A stretch of DNA of 62,799 nt, taken from the IMG/VR virus record IMGVR_UViG_3300028840_003424. One strand, written 5' to 3'. The position numbers and the translations under genes are program-made. Below the pieces are notes generated by a model, which saw only the letters and a program-made list of their open reading frames with translations, had not been told where the DNA came from and ran no database searches. Shown piece by piece: positions 8,805 to 19,119 of the stretch; position 1 is the stretch's first letter; each line of letters opens with the position of its first letter. Source of the stretch: a virus.

Positions 8805-8972
8805 GCGGTGGCACTGACCTAAACTCGAAAGAGAGGTCAGACCGACGACTGCCGGCCTATAAGCCTATCCCCCCCCTAGCCTGGCCGGCAGTCTTACAAC
8901 ATAGAAACAATTTTAGAAGTGGCGTAGAAAGCGCGCTGTGTCCATATCGGGCACGGCGCGCTTTCGTGTTTA
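8805..8972 (+). ncRNA. Candidate structured leader or short non-coding RNA (three hairpins, ends in a terminator)
   Basis: No ORF. Hairpins at 8814-8840 (CTGACCT/AGGTCAG), 8847-8893 (GACTGCCGGCC/GGCCGGCAGTC) and 8927-8965 (GAAAGCGCGCUGUG/CACGGCGCGCUUUC), followed by GTGTTTAT. Confidence 0.45.
8927..8972 (+). terminator. Intrinsic terminator-like hairpin closing the 8805-8972 leader
   Basis: 14-bp GC-rich stem (one G-U pair) followed by a U-rich tail UUUCGUGUUUAU. Confidence 0.5.
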
Positions 8973-8987
8973 TGGGAGAGTACAGCT

Positions 8988-9476
8988 ATGGTTATGCCGT
9001 TGGATCCAGCTTGGGACGCTTACCCGAAAGGATGGGCGAACCCCCTGAATTTGCGTGTTTCCGCCGCTCTCCCCGCTGCGGGCGCGTGGGATGCTACGCC
9101 TGTAGAGCAAGTGCTTGCCGGTGCGCGCCAACTGACCCTTGCGTTTTCCTACACTCGCGGGGGCGCGGCTGGCGCGTTTGATTGGCAACTCGAGATCTCC
9201 CACTTCTCCGCTGCCGCTCTTGTGCCAGCCGGTGGGACAGAATGGTCTGTGGCCGATGCGATCTATGCGGCTGGCGCTGTTGTCGCCGGGGCGGATACGC
9301 AGAGCACGGTACAGCAAGAGTACCAGACCTACACGGCGACCGCTGCGGCCAAAGAGGCGTTTAGCGTCGGGCCGATCATCTTTAATGGTCCTGTTGAGCG
9401 CGTGCGGATCAACTGCCGGGAATCCGGCAACGTCGGCGCTCCGGGTACCTTGCAGGTTACGGGGATAGGAACATGA
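8988..9476 (+). CDS. Hypothetical virion-module protein
   Basis: GGGAGAG SD; Ala/Gly/Thr-rich, beta-rich-looking composition. Confidence 0.55.
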   Translation: MVMPLDPAWDAYPKGWANPLNLRVSAALPAAGAWDATPVEQVLAGARQLTLAFSYTRGGAAGAFDWQLEISHFSAAALVPAGGTEWSVADAIYAAGAVVAGADTQSTVQQEYQTYTATAAAKEAFSVGPIIFNGPVERVRINCRESGNVGAPGTLQVTGIGT

Positions 9477-10018
9477 GACAAGGGCTGACAGACCAAACCA
9501 CAGAGCCAACAGGTGGCGTAACGCTTGCGCAACCGGTGGACGTCGCGATCCAGGTTGACGGGGCGGACGTGAGCGCGGCAAACCCGGTCAACTCGCTTGA
9601 CTCTTGGCGTGTCTCACTTGTGGCGGACGAGACAGCCGACGACTCCGACAAGGTGATCTATACCGTCCCGGCTGACACAGAGGCTCAAGTGCTCTGGATT
9701 TGGGTCGAGTTGACATCCACGGCGACGGCTGGAGATCGGCAGCTTGTGATCGAGATCCAAGATGTCGCCAACGATGTGATCGGGCAATTCCGGGCGGGTG
9801 CTGTACAAGCCGCGTCTCTTACTCGTTATTACCAGTTTGGCGCCTCAATGGCCGATCTCCAAGCCTTCCGTGACACGGACTACTTGATGACCCCCCTGCC
9901 TCCCGGTTTGATTCTCCTTGAAGGCGATCAGGTTCGCGTCTATGACAACAATGCTGTAGATGCGGCGGCAGATGACATGGTTTGCCAGATGCAGCTTGCT
10001 ACAAGGAGTATCGCCTAG
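9473..10018 (+). CDS. Hypothetical virion-module protein
   Basis: ATGA-type overlap with the upstream gene; its stop overlaps the GTG start of the giant gene. Confidence 0.55.
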   Translation: MRQGLTDQTTEPTGGVTLAQPVDVAIQVDGADVSAANPVNSLDSWRVSLVADETADDSDKVIYTVPADTEAQVLWIWVELTSTATAGDRQLVIEIQDVANDVIGQFRAGAVQAASLTRYYQFGASMADLQAFRDTDYLMTPLPPGLILLEGDQVRVYDNNAVDAAADDMVCQMQLATRSIA

Positions 10019-13000
10019 TGTTCGGCATCCACGGCGCGGGGATTCTGCCAGTCTCTCGCTTGGGCGGCTCGCTTGGGCCGTACATCTACAACTTTGACCT
10101 GAACGACGTCACGTTCACCGAGAACATGGCCGTGCGCACCGGCTTTGGTGGGTTCGACGCCGCGCCCATCTACCAGGGCAAGTGGGACGGAACGGGCACG
10201 CCGGACGTGGTAACGTTCCCTCGTGGCACGCTCCTGGGCAACCAGACCCAACACTTCTACTCCAATTTCGACCCATACCAGGGCACCGTCTCGTTTTGGA
10301 TTCGCCCTGAGTGGGCGGGGAATGATGGGATAGAGCACAATATCCTGTATATCTCTTCTGACTATCAGGTACTCAAGACCACAGGCGACCTTCTCCAACT
10401 CACGGCTGGTGGTCAGAGCATGACCATAGATGTTTCTGCTTGGACGGCGGGGACGGCTTATTGCATCCAACTCTCCTGGGACACGCGCAATACAATTGAT
10501 GGGACAAACTATGGGCGTATAGCCTCTCAGGGATCAGAGACCTACGGTGCAAGTACGCAACCCACGGCAAGCGCCCCTGATGCAACGATATACGTGGGGT
10601 GCGAGACTGGGCCAGCCCTGGCGGCAGATGCCCAAATCTCCGGCTTGTTTGTCTGGCGGCGCGTCCTGTTCGACGGCACCTATGGCGTGGGTGCTACCTT
10701 TGACGAGTCCGGCCTGGTAGATGAGATCAACGCCATCTATGCGGCTGGCGTGGGGGCCGATCCCGCCCAGATCGTGGGCGGTTCCTGGGATGCTACGTTC
10801 TGCCTTCCCACCGACCAAACAGAAGGTGCGCTCCAGACCACCAACCAAGCCTGGTCCCATCCCGCCACGACCTTGATCGATGTGCCATATTTGGACGACG
10901 GTGGGCTTCCTGGCACGGACTATGCTGTAGAGTTCAATGGTACGAACACCGTCATCGACTGTGGGTCTGGGGCTACCCTAGATGACATCGCGTCTGGCGG
11001 TGAGATCAACATTGACATTTGGTTCAAGTCGGATGGCGCTGGAGATGGCGCATTAGAGGCGCTATGCAACAAGTATACTGGCGGTGTCGGCGGCTTTTAT
11101 GTCCAATTCAATCCGTCAACGGACACATTGTTTAGCTTCGTGATATGCGCCACAACCAATGCTTCCGCATCGGCTGTAGCCGCCTCCTTTGATTTGGATT
11201 CTTTTGCTGATGGGAAATACCACCTTGTTTCGTTCCATTATGAGGACACTACCAAGTGGATCAGTCTGGCAGTAGACGGTAGATGGGCATCAGCATATGC
11301 TACGCACACGCAAGGAGTTGGAGGATATTCCACTGATGCGGCCCAAAATTTCAGAATGGGGACGACAACACAAGCTGTAGTCTATCCCCTTTCTGGTGCA
11401 ATCGCTTGGTGCGAAATCTCCGACAACGACCGTCACAGCGCCGGAACCGACTTTATCCCCAACCGCGCCCCTTACAGCGACGGCAACACCGTTGAGTATT
11501 GGGCGATGGATGAGGGCACTGGCGCGACCGCTGCGGCCTCGGTGACCTCTCCCGCCAACGACGGCACGATCACCAACGGCTCCTGGTCCGCGATCTGGGC
11601 CATTGTGGGCACGCCGGAGATTCCGCAGAGCTTGCAGTTCTATCAGGAAAATGATGGGATTGACTTTGGGTCGGGGGCCAACATTGACGACCTGTTTGGG
11701 GCTGATTGCACTATGGAGTGCTGGGCGCGTACAGGCAAAGATATGGATGGAGCAGCGTATCTGATCTCCAAGCGAAATAGTGGAGCAGTTACCAATGGAT
11801 GGGATGTGGTCATTCAATCCAATGGAGAACCGCTCGTTCGCGCACAACACGCTACTAACGATCTTGTGCTAACTATTGCGCAGGATATGCGAGATGGGCG
11901 ATTTCATCACTATGCAGTTGACTGGGATTTTGGGACACTTACAGGCCGATTGTTCGTAGATGGAATCTTGCGGGATACCGACACGGCGATAGGGGCATAT
12001 CAAGCGGATGCCGCATATGATTGCATAGTAAATGGTGCGGCATCAGTTGGGGATAGCGACGAGTTTTTGACTATTGGCTGGCTTGCCCTCTCAGACATGC
12101 GGCGCTACACCGGCAACTCATTCATCCCTGCCGCACGTAACAATCCGCCAGCCAACGATGCGAACTATCACCTGCTGGTCTATATGGACGATGGGGCCGG
12201 GACCACCGCAACGGATAGTTCAGGCAATGGGTACAACGGCACGATCACGTTTGGGGCGTCTACCCGCTGGAACAACACGCCCGATCTGCTCATAGACGAA
12301 TCCGGCGCGATGTTCTACCAGCAGGGCTACAACGTGGGGAGCGATGGGGCCGATGACGGCATCTATATTCCGGTCACCCTGACAGCCTCCACAGACTATG
12401 TGATCCGTGCGCCGTTAAACTACTCGCCCAACGCCTGGCCCCGCATCACGCTCTACGATGTGACAGCAGCCGGGAGCATCGTGGACTTTGACGCTCCGCC
12501 GATGACAGCCGTTCACGATGGGGCGGGCAATGCTGCCGCGTTCACGAGCACCGGGGAGGTCTACCCTGCCAGCTTGATCGGTGGCAAGATCTACAATGTT
12601 ACGGATGGGTCGAGTGGGACCATCACAGCCGTAGGCGGCACCAACCAGGACACCATCACCGCTGCGCTGGCCGGGGGTACGGACAACGATTGGGACGTAG
12701 CCGACCAGGCCTACATCGTCCCGCCTGACGGTTGGGTGTTCAATGAGCCCATCGTGGCGCGCACGAGTGCCAACACTGCCTATCAGGTAATCATATCCAA
12801 CCGCAACGCAGACGGCATCATCACCGCGCATCAGGCGGAAGTGTTGGAGTCCCTGCTGGACAATGGAGATCACGAGTCGCTTAACGGCGGGTTCCCTGGC
12901 GCAGCAGAGTTGATCACGGGTTGGACAAATAGCAACCTAGACGCTGGAGACACAGAGCCAGAAGCTACCTATATCCACGCTGGCGCACAATCGCTGGAAT

Positions 13001-13836
13001 GGAATGTAGGTGCAATTGTAAATGAGCGCATGTACTACAATGTAGGCGCAGCTTCCGGTGCTTACTATACGTATGGAGTATGGTATTGTGGTGACGGCAC
13101 AGCGAATTTGCTTGTAATCCCGGCATCTCTTGGACAAGCTGTATTGCATAACAATCTGGGCACAGATGGCACAATGAATGGGCCTACAGTCAGCACTTGG
13201 AAGCATGTTTGTGGCGCATACAGGTCTTTGGGTGTAACGCAAAACATGATGCTGGCCGCGACGACTGGAGCAGTCGGTGATCGCTTCTCTGATGACGCCT
13301 ACGCCTTCGAGTGCGATGACGTAACCCTGGCCGTCACCCCGGCCTCCCAGGCCAACAGCCTGGAGGGCACCGGCATCCGCGTGGATGGGCGGGATAGCAG
13401 CACGGTCCCGGCAACAGCGCACAAGGTACTTGCTACAAGCGGCGGGGTACGGTTCAGGGCTACGCCACGGCACAGCATTGCCAATTCTGAGGCGTTCGGG
13501 CAAACGCAAGAGATGCTTTTCTCGCTGACCGAGGATGCCAACAACTACATCTTGCTCTATCGGGACGACGCGGCTGGCGGCACGCTCACGCTTGAGGTTG
13601 ACCAGGCCGGGGCCGGGCCTTGGACAGACACGGACACGCCCGCATGGGCGGCTGACACAGAGGCAAGCATAGACGTGATCAACTATGGCGGCTTGATCCG
13701 CGTGCTGTTTGACGGTGCTCCGCTCTTGGAGATCGGCGGCTTGACCGGGTTTGCCGCTGACTTTACTGCCGCCGCTTACTTTGGGAGTGACGCGACCCCT
13801 GAATACGAGTTTGACGGCGTGATCTCGCCGCCGTAG
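10018..13836 (+). CDS. Large (1272-aa) multi-LamG/CBM-like fibre or glycan-binding protein
   Basis: GTG 10018 with AAGGAG 9 nt upstream. Three LamG-like signatures (TVSFWIRPEWAGNDG, INIDIWFKSDGAGDG, CTMECWARTGKDMDG) and a CBM4/9-like NGGFPG..ITGWTN. Confidence 0.7.
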   Translation: MFGIHGAGILPVSRLGGSLGPYIYNFDLNDVTFTENMAVRTGFGGFDAAPIYQGKWDGTGTPDVVTFPRGTLLGNQTQHFYSNFDPYQGTVSFWIRPEWAGNDGIEHNILYISSDYQVLKTTGDLLQLTAGGQSMTIDVSAWTAGTAYCIQLSWDTRNTIDGTNYGRIASQGSETYGASTQPTASAPDATIYVGCETGPALAADAQISGLFVWRRVLFDGTYGVGATFDESGLVDEINAIYAAGVGADPAQIVGGSWDATFCLPTDQTEGALQTTNQAWSHPATTLIDVPYLDDGGLPGTDYAVEFNGTNTVIDCGSGATLDDIASGGEINIDIWFKSDGAGDGALEALCNKYTGGVGGFYVQFNPSTDTLFSFVICATTNASASAVAASFDLDSFADGKYHLVSFHYEDTTKWISLAVDGRWASAYATHTQGVGGYSTDAAQNFRMGTTTQAVVYPLSGAIAWCEISDNDRHSAGTDFIPNRAPYSDGNTVEYWAMDEGTGATAAASVTSPANDGTITNGSWSAIWAIVGTPEIPQSLQFYQENDGIDFGSGANIDDLFGADCTMECWARTGKDMDGAAYLISKRNSGAVTNGWDVVIQSNGEPLVRAQHATNDLVLTIAQDMRDGRFHHYAVDWDFGTLTGRLFVDGILRDTDTAIGAYQADAAYDCIVNGAASVGDSDEFLTIGWLALSDMRRYTGNSFIPAARNNPPANDANYHLLVYMDDGAGTTATDSSGNGYNGTITFGASTRWNNTPDLLIDESGAMFYQQGYNVGSDGADDGIYIPVTLTASTDYVIRAPLNYSPNAWPRITLYDVTAAGSIVDFDAPPMTAVHDGAGNAAAFTSTGEVYPASLIGGKIYNVTDGSSGTITAVGGTNQDTITAALAGGTDNDWDVADQAYIVPPDGWVFNEPIVARTSANTAYQVIISNRNADGIITAHQAEVLESLLDNGDHESLNGGFPGAAELITGWTNSNLDAGDTEPEATYIHAGAQSLEWNVGAIVNERMYYNVGAASGAYYTYGVWYCGDGTANLLVIPASLGQAVLHNNLGTDGTMNGPTVSTWKHVCGAYRSLGVTQNMMLAATTGAVGDRFSDDAYAFECDDVTLAVTPASQANSLEGTGIRVDGRDSSTVPATAHKVLATSGGVRFRATPRHSIANSEAFGQTQEMLFSLTEDANNYILLYRDDAAGGTLTLEVDQAGAGPWTDTDTPAWAADTEASIDVINYGGLIRVLFDGAPLLEIGGLTGFAADFTAAAYFGSDATPEYEFDGVISPP

Positions 13837-13846
13837 GGAGAAGAGT

Positions 13847-14236
13847 ATGGCAGAGTACAGCTTTCAATATCGGGTAGGACAACCACAGGCGCGCAACGAC
13901 GGATCCGGACTTGTCGCCCACGACGTCATGGTAGAGGCGTCTGCTGACGGTGAGATATGGAGCCCGGTTCCTGCTCGACATGCAACGATCTTGGTTCCAG
14001 CAAGCGAGATACAGGATGCGCTTTCTGCCGGGACCAACGCGCAGATCAACCAGGCATACAAGCTTGCACTCGCCAACAACTTGCGCACCTCTGCTGTTCC
14101 TATACAGGGATGGGACGCGGCAAGCTTACAAGCCTTGATGGAGGCCAACGATGCGGCCAGCAATGCGACCATTGCCGTGATCGAGTACGTGGTGGACACG
14201 CTCGGGATCACGTTTCCGGTCAGGTTTACTTTTTAG
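13847..14236 (+). CDS. Hypothetical protein
   Basis: 129-aa ORF with GGGAGAAG SD upstream. Confidence 0.5.
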   Translation: MAEYSFQYRVGQPQARNDGSGLVAHDVMVEASADGEIWSPVPARHATILVPASEIQDALSAGTNAQINQAYKLALANNLRTSAVPIQGWDAASLQALMEANDAASNATIAVIEYVVDTLGITFPVRFTF

Positions 14237-14247
14237 AAAGGCAGACA

Positions 14248-15678
14248 ATGCAGAAGGTCAGGGGGTACAACACAATTCATCTTCCGATCGCGAGCATAGC
14301 ATCGTACCCGGATAGCCTGCAACCAGCGTTTGGGGCGCCCGCGCTTACCTTTGGCGACTTCTGCGCCCGCATTTCCGCTGACGGCGTGAACCTTTTGCGG
14401 GTCAAGCTGTGCGGACGCAGAGGGGACGCTGACGCTCTCCCTTTTGAGTACCAGACCGGTGTATACACCGACTGGAATGGGCAACTTCAAGAGATGGTAC
14501 AGGCGTGTACGGATCACGGCATAGGACTTTGGGTGATTCCGTTTGACAGTCGAGAGATGTCTAGCGAGTACGTTTGGAGCTACAATGCTTGGAATGCCAG
14601 CAATAGCGGCGGGTTCTTGGAGAATCCAACAGAGATGTTCACCAACCCCGCTGCTATTGACGCGATGAAGGACAGAATCAGGGCTATCATCGACTATGCT
14701 GGCCCCATCATCAAGGCGTGGGAAGTTTGCGCTGAAATGGTCTCTTTGATGACCCCTTATGTTTGGGGGACAGATTGGGCGGGGCTGACAACGGTCACAC
14801 GCGAGATCGCCGTTCCGTGGGTTGAGGAAATTGCACAGTACATCAAATCCGTTCACCCTGCACCAGTCGGAAACGGGCAAGTGTTTGGCGACCTGTCCGC
14901 GCCACGGAATGAGGTCTACCGGACGCCAAGCCTTGATTTTTGCTTGATCAACTGGTATGGAGACCGGGATGTCTCCGAAAAGTTCAAATGGCTGCGCGAC
15001 GTGCAAGCATGGGCGGGTATCCCGGTCTATGTAGAGCAGTATGCCCCTTGGGATCTCGGTGCCGAGGCGGACTATACGCGAGAGCCTGACACGTTTGCTT
15101 GGTCCAAGATGCATGAATGGATCGCTGTGTGTGGAGAGCATGGCCTTGTGGGGCCTTTGCGCTGGCCGGAGATCCGGCCAAGGAACCCGGATCAGTATGC
15201 CCTATGGTGGGGCATCGCACATCCGAACATGGCATCAATTGCAGGAGTTTCGGCAGAGTATGCCGCCCGTGTCGATCTGGAGGAATGGGACGGCCCTGGG
15301 CAAGCTTGGGACAGCCTGATCGTCTCTCCGGGCGCGGATCTCGTGTCCAGTTGGGGGGATGGTGCGCACGTGACCGCTTTTGCTCGATGGATCGAAAATG
15401 ACCGGCAGCTTGTTATTCACGGTCTCCGAGACGGCATCTATGATGTGCTGTGGTTCGGTTGGCTCTCTGGTACGTTAACCAAGGTGCAGAATTTTGAAGT
15501 GACCAGCGGGAGGTTGGCCCTAGACGAGCCGGTCCCGGCTGATTGCTCTGTGCTATACGTCTCATTGACCGATGTGCTCCCGCCGCCGCTGGACGAGGAA
15601 CGGGTACGCGAGATTGCGCGAGAAGAGGCGATCAGGGCCTTGAATGAAGCAGAGTTCACGGTAACTGTCCATGTCTAA
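14248..15678 (+). CDS. TIM-barrel glycoside-hydrolase-like protein
   Basis: ORF 13957..15678 trimmed to ATG 14248 (GAAAGG SD). Clan GH-A-like strand motifs (KAWEVCAEM, PVYVEQYAPW), but the acid/base NE is not canonical. Confidence 0.55.
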   Translation: MQKVRGYNTIHLPIASIASYPDSLQPAFGAPALTFGDFCARISADGVNLLRVKLCGRRGDADALPFEYQTGVYTDWNGQLQEMVQACTDHGIGLWVIPFDSREMSSEYVWSYNAWNASNSGGFLENPTEMFTNPAAIDAMKDRIRAIIDYAGPIIKAWEVCAEMVSLMTPYVWGTDWAGLTTVTREIAVPWVEEIAQYIKSVHPAPVGNGQVFGDLSAPRNEVYRTPSLDFCLINWYGDRDVSEKFKWLRDVQAWAGIPVYVEQYAPWDLGAEADYTREPDTFAWSKMHEWIAVCGEHGLVGPLRWPEIRPRNPDQYALWWGIAHPNMASIAGVSAEYAARVDLEEWDGPGQAWDSLIVSPGADLVSSWGDGAHVTAFARWIENDRQLVIHGLRDGIYDVLWFGWLSGTLTKVQNFEVTSGRLALDEPVPADCSVLYVSLTDVLPPPLDEERVREIAREEAIRALNEAEFTVTVHV

Positions 15679-15737
15679 ATGGAAGCGTCTTGCACTCTCT
15701 TTGCTGATACTCGCTTTTGTTTGGGTCTGGGGGAGCG

Positions 15738-17309
15738 ATGGCAAAGACAAAAAGTTATGACGGGGAGGATCTTCCTGCGTCCGCGTTTCTGGTCGTAGGA
15801 GACCCACAAGAGCCAAGCACGTGGCATCTGCCAGTCAAAAAGGCCAATGGGTCGGTAGATCGGCGGCGGATGGGCGCGGCAAAAGCAGCGCTTACCTCTG
15901 CGGGCGGGCATCGCGGCCAAAAGTATGCTGGCCCAAACAAGCAAGAGGCGATCCGCAAGTTGAAGGCTCTGTACAAGAAAGAGGATATGATCTGGGAGGC
16001 TGACGTGGACCTTAAACACGAAATGAGCGAATTGGATGCAGCAGCATTCTCTGTGGGCCGGTTGTCCACAATGATCCGGGAGGCGTTTGACCTACGATTC
16101 CGCCCTGGACCTGGCGTGTACGACGAAGCACGCGGGCGACGTCGTCCCTGGATGCGTGATTTCTACATCGGGCACCCCCGCTTGGGCGATGCTGTGATCG
16201 CGAATCAAGAAGGCTTGATGTACGCGATCGCAATGGACCTGTCCGGCGAAAAGCCGACTTTTGCAGAAGAGGCACAATGGAGACAGGTGCGCCCCACCTA
16301 CGAGCTTGTGCAGCCACCGGAGGCGGCAAGTGAGATCACCGGGGCGGAGGCGGACGTTGATCTTGGCACTTTCTTGGAGTCAGCGCAAGCGATCGACATG
16401 GAGGAAAAGGCGGGCGCTGGAGCCCGAGATCCCTTGTCCATTCGGTTTGTGATGATCAAGCCTGGATTCGGTAACCCGAAAGACAACCACTACTACCCCA
16501 GAGAGGTCTTGGAGCGGGACGCTGGCAAGTTCGTTGGGGCCAAGATGTACGCTACCGACCACCGGGCGGATCAAAGGTCAGTCTTGACAGAGGTTGCGGT
16601 CATCGACAATATTTCCGGGTACACTGACGATGGAGCTCCGATCGCGGAGGCGACGGTCTGGGGGCCTGACTTTGCGGAGCAGGTGCGTAACCGGGCCAAG
16701 GTGGGCAAGCTGCACCTGCTAGAGTGCTCGATCATTGGGCGCGGCAAGGCCAAGCGGGGCAAGGTGGACGGCAGGGAAGCAAAGATTGTGCAAGAGATTG
16801 AGGAAGGAAAAGCGGTTGATTGGGTCAGTCGGGCGGGAGCCGGAGGCCATGCCCTTGACATATCGGAATCCAACAGTATAGACGACGGAGGCGAAACAGT
16901 GGACGAAAAAGAGAAGCAAGAGCAGATTGAAGAGTCCGCAGATCCAGCCGCCAACGTTGACATCCAAGAGAGCGAGACCGAAGAGGTCCAGCCGCAAGAA
17001 AATGAAACGGAGGTCACTACTCAAGAGGCGGCCTTGAGTCAGGATGCCGTTGCATCTCTCTTGGAAGAGTCAGGGCTTGGCGAACGGGCTCAACGGCTCC
17101 TGGTCGGCGCGACGTACAAGGACAAAAGCGCAGTGCAAAGCGCGATCCAGGAGATGAAAAGCCTCATCAAAGAGGCGACAGGCGCGGGGAAACCTTTCGA
17201 GCAAGGGGCGACCACGCAAGACCCTGTAGAAGAGACGGACGGGGAGTTCTGGGCCGGGCTCAACGAGCAGTACGGCACCAGCTTCTACGTCGAGGAAAAG
17301 GAGCAGTAA
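15738..17309 (+). CDS. Putative prohead protease/scaffolding protein
   Basis: Sits upstream of the capsid candidate; very acidic coiled-coil-like C-terminal third (EKEKQEQIEES...); function inferred from position and composition. Confidence 0.45.
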   Translation: MAKTKSYDGEDLPASAFLVVGDPQEPSTWHLPVKKANGSVDRRRMGAAKAALTSAGGHRGQKYAGPNKQEAIRKLKALYKKEDMIWEADVDLKHEMSELDAAAFSVGRLSTMIREAFDLRFRPGPGVYDEARGRRRPWMRDFYIGHPRLGDAVIANQEGLMYAIAMDLSGEKPTFAEEAQWRQVRPTYELVQPPEAASEITGAEADVDLGTFLESAQAIDMEEKAGAGARDPLSIRFVMIKPGFGNPKDNHYYPREVLERDAGKFVGAKMYATDHRADQRSVLTEVAVIDNISGYTDDGAPIAEATVWGPDFAEQVRNRAKVGKLHLLECSIIGRGKAKRGKVDGREAKIVQEIEEGKAVDWVSRAGAGGHALDISESNSIDDGGETVDEKEKQEQIEESADPAANVDIQESETEEVQPQENETEVTTQEAALSQDAVASLLEESGLGERAQRLLVGATYKDKSAVQSAIQEMKSLIKEATGAGKPFEQGATTQDPVEETDGEFWAGLNEQYGTSFYVEEKEQ

Positions 17310-17945
17310 ATGAGCGCCACTTTTACCACCTACGGCGGAATGGGGGATGTCTACTCGGAGACCACGCCCATTGATATGGTCGTGACTGTTTTGGAAAACG
17401 ACGTTTGGCCGGTGGACAACAACAGCATGTCCGGCACAAAGGACAGCTTGCTCGACGCAAACAGCCTTTACGATGGCGTGCATCCGGTCGTCGCGATCGG
17501 GAGCCGCGTTAGCACCTCTGGGCGTGGGCTGAACCCGGTTGGCCTTGTCGTGTCTGTCACGCCGGGTTTGACCACGGCAACGTCTCAGGTCAGGGTCAAC
17601 ATCACCCATGGCAAGATCGTTCGCAATTGGGTTGCGAACGTCCTGACCTACACCGGGACGACCCCCTCCACGTTCGTCACTGCGCCATTCCCCGGACAAC
17701 CGGTGTACGTGGACGACAGCGCGGCCCTTGGGGCGGGCGTGACCTTGAGCATGAGCCCCCTGAACACGGACGGAGACCGCAACCCCCTTGGCGGGTTCCT
17801 CTGGTACTGCCAAGACGAGTTGCCGGATTCGGCAGTTGGCGGAGCACGATCGGCGGCGACGTTTGACACGTCCCTTTCAAACTCGCTGGTACAACAGGAG
17901 TATTGCGTGATGCTGCCAGGCGGCGGCGCTCGCGACATCGCCTAG
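17310..17945 (+). CDS. Hypothetical head-module protein
   Basis: 211 aa, between the scaffold-like and capsid candidates. Confidence 0.5.
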   Translation: MSATFTTYGGMGDVYSETTPIDMVVTVLENDVWPVDNNSMSGTKDSLLDANSLYDGVHPVVAIGSRVSTSGRGLNPVGLVVSVTPGLTTATSQVRVNITHGKIVRNWVANVLTYTGTTPSTFVTAPFPGQPVYVDDSAALGAGVTLSMSPLNTDGDRNPLGGFLWYCQDELPDSAVGGARSAATFDTSLSNSLVQQEYCVMLPGGGARDIA

Positions 17946-17977
17946 AAAGGGGAACAGCTAGGCAAGGAGAAACAACG

Positions 17978-19099
17978 ATGAGGCAAATTCTGAAACTGAT
18001 GCTCGATATCCGCAAGCACCAACTGTCAAAGCGAGGCTTGCAAGCGGATCGGATGGCCCAGACCACGCGGATGTTCGAGTATCTGGACACTGAAATGAGC
18101 GGCTTTAGCTCGCTCAACAGCAACGACGTTCTGCAAGAGGCTCTGGTCTCTCAGGACTTCACCTTTGCGATCATGGAGTTCGTCAATCGCTTGGCGATCC
18201 CCGGATACCAGCAACGGCTTTTCAACTTTGAGCCCCTGGTCTACGTCGATCGCGTGCAAAACTTCCTGCCGCACTACCGTTACCAGAACCGGAACGGCTT
18301 TGACGACCTGGAGTATGTGGGCACGCGGGGACGGTCCCGCACTGGCGGCATCGACGACGCAACCAAGCGGACGCACGCAGTCTACCGGTGGGAAAAGGAC
18401 ATCTCGATTGATTGGGAGACCCTGGTCAACGACGACTTGGCTTATCTGGAAGAGACTGTGCGGTTGATGGGCGAGTCGGCACGGCGCACCCTGGAACGGT
18501 TTGTGAGCCGGATGTACACCAACGCGACGAGCATCGCCCGCCTGACCGGTCTTGGGGCCAACTACTCGCAGACCGGGCGGCTGACTACGGCGCGATGGTC
18601 TGAATGTCGGATGGCTTTTGCGCAGCGCGTGAACGCCGGGAACCAACCGATCCGGGCGTCAGCGGAGTACCTTGTGCACCATACCGGACTGCGCGACACG
18701 GCGCTCCAGATCCTACGCTCTACACAGGTCGCGGAGTTGATGACGAACGCTGTGAACGTGATCAACTTTACGCCGATCGAAGATCCGCACATGGCCGGCA
18801 CTGCGCCCAACTTGCCGTGGTATGGCTTTACCCGGTGGCAGGACAACAACATCCGCCCGTTTGCGCTGGTGCGCCTCCGTGGATGGGATGGTCCGCGAGT
18901 CTACCGCAAGCGCTCCGACGTCGAGGCTGTGACCTCTTTGACCGGAGCGGGGACTGCCGTCTCTCCCGCGTTTGGAGACTTTGAGACCGGCAACATCACC
19001 CTGAAGATCCGCGATATCTGGGGCACGTACATCGACGGCACGGAAGGCAACCTGTGGGACTTCCGGGGCGCGTACTACTCCAGCGGAACCGTCGCCTAG
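17978..19099 (+). CDS. Major capsid protein candidate
   Basis: ORF trimmed to ATG 17978 (AAGGAG SD). 373 aa, follows the scaffold-like gene; not verified by homology. Confidence 0.55.
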   Translation: MRQILKLMLDIRKHQLSKRGLQADRMAQTTRMFEYLDTEMSGFSSLNSNDVLQEALVSQDFTFAIMEFVNRLAIPGYQQRLFNFEPLVYVDRVQNFLPHYRYQNRNGFDDLEYVGTRGRSRTGGIDDATKRTHAVYRWEKDISIDWETLVNDDLAYLEETVRLMGESARRTLERFVSRMYTNATSIARLTGLGANYSQTGRLTTARWSECRMAFAQRVNAGNQPIRASAEYLVHHTGLRDTALQILRSTQVAELMTNAVNVINFTPIEDPHMAGTAPNLPWYGFTRWQDNNIRPFALVRLRGWDGPRVYRKRSDVEAVTSLTGAGTAVSPAFGDFETGNITLKIRDIWGTYIDGTEGNLWDFRGAYYSSGTVA

Positions 19100-19119
19100 C
19101 GGCGGAGAAAGGCCCAACT

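Noticed and set aside
10018-13836. Diversity-generating retroelement targeting the large glycan-binding protein
   Set aside because: No reverse-transcriptase-like ORF (YxDD motif) was seen in the window, and I could not find a template/variable repeat pair by eye. This cannot be fully excluded without a self-alignment.
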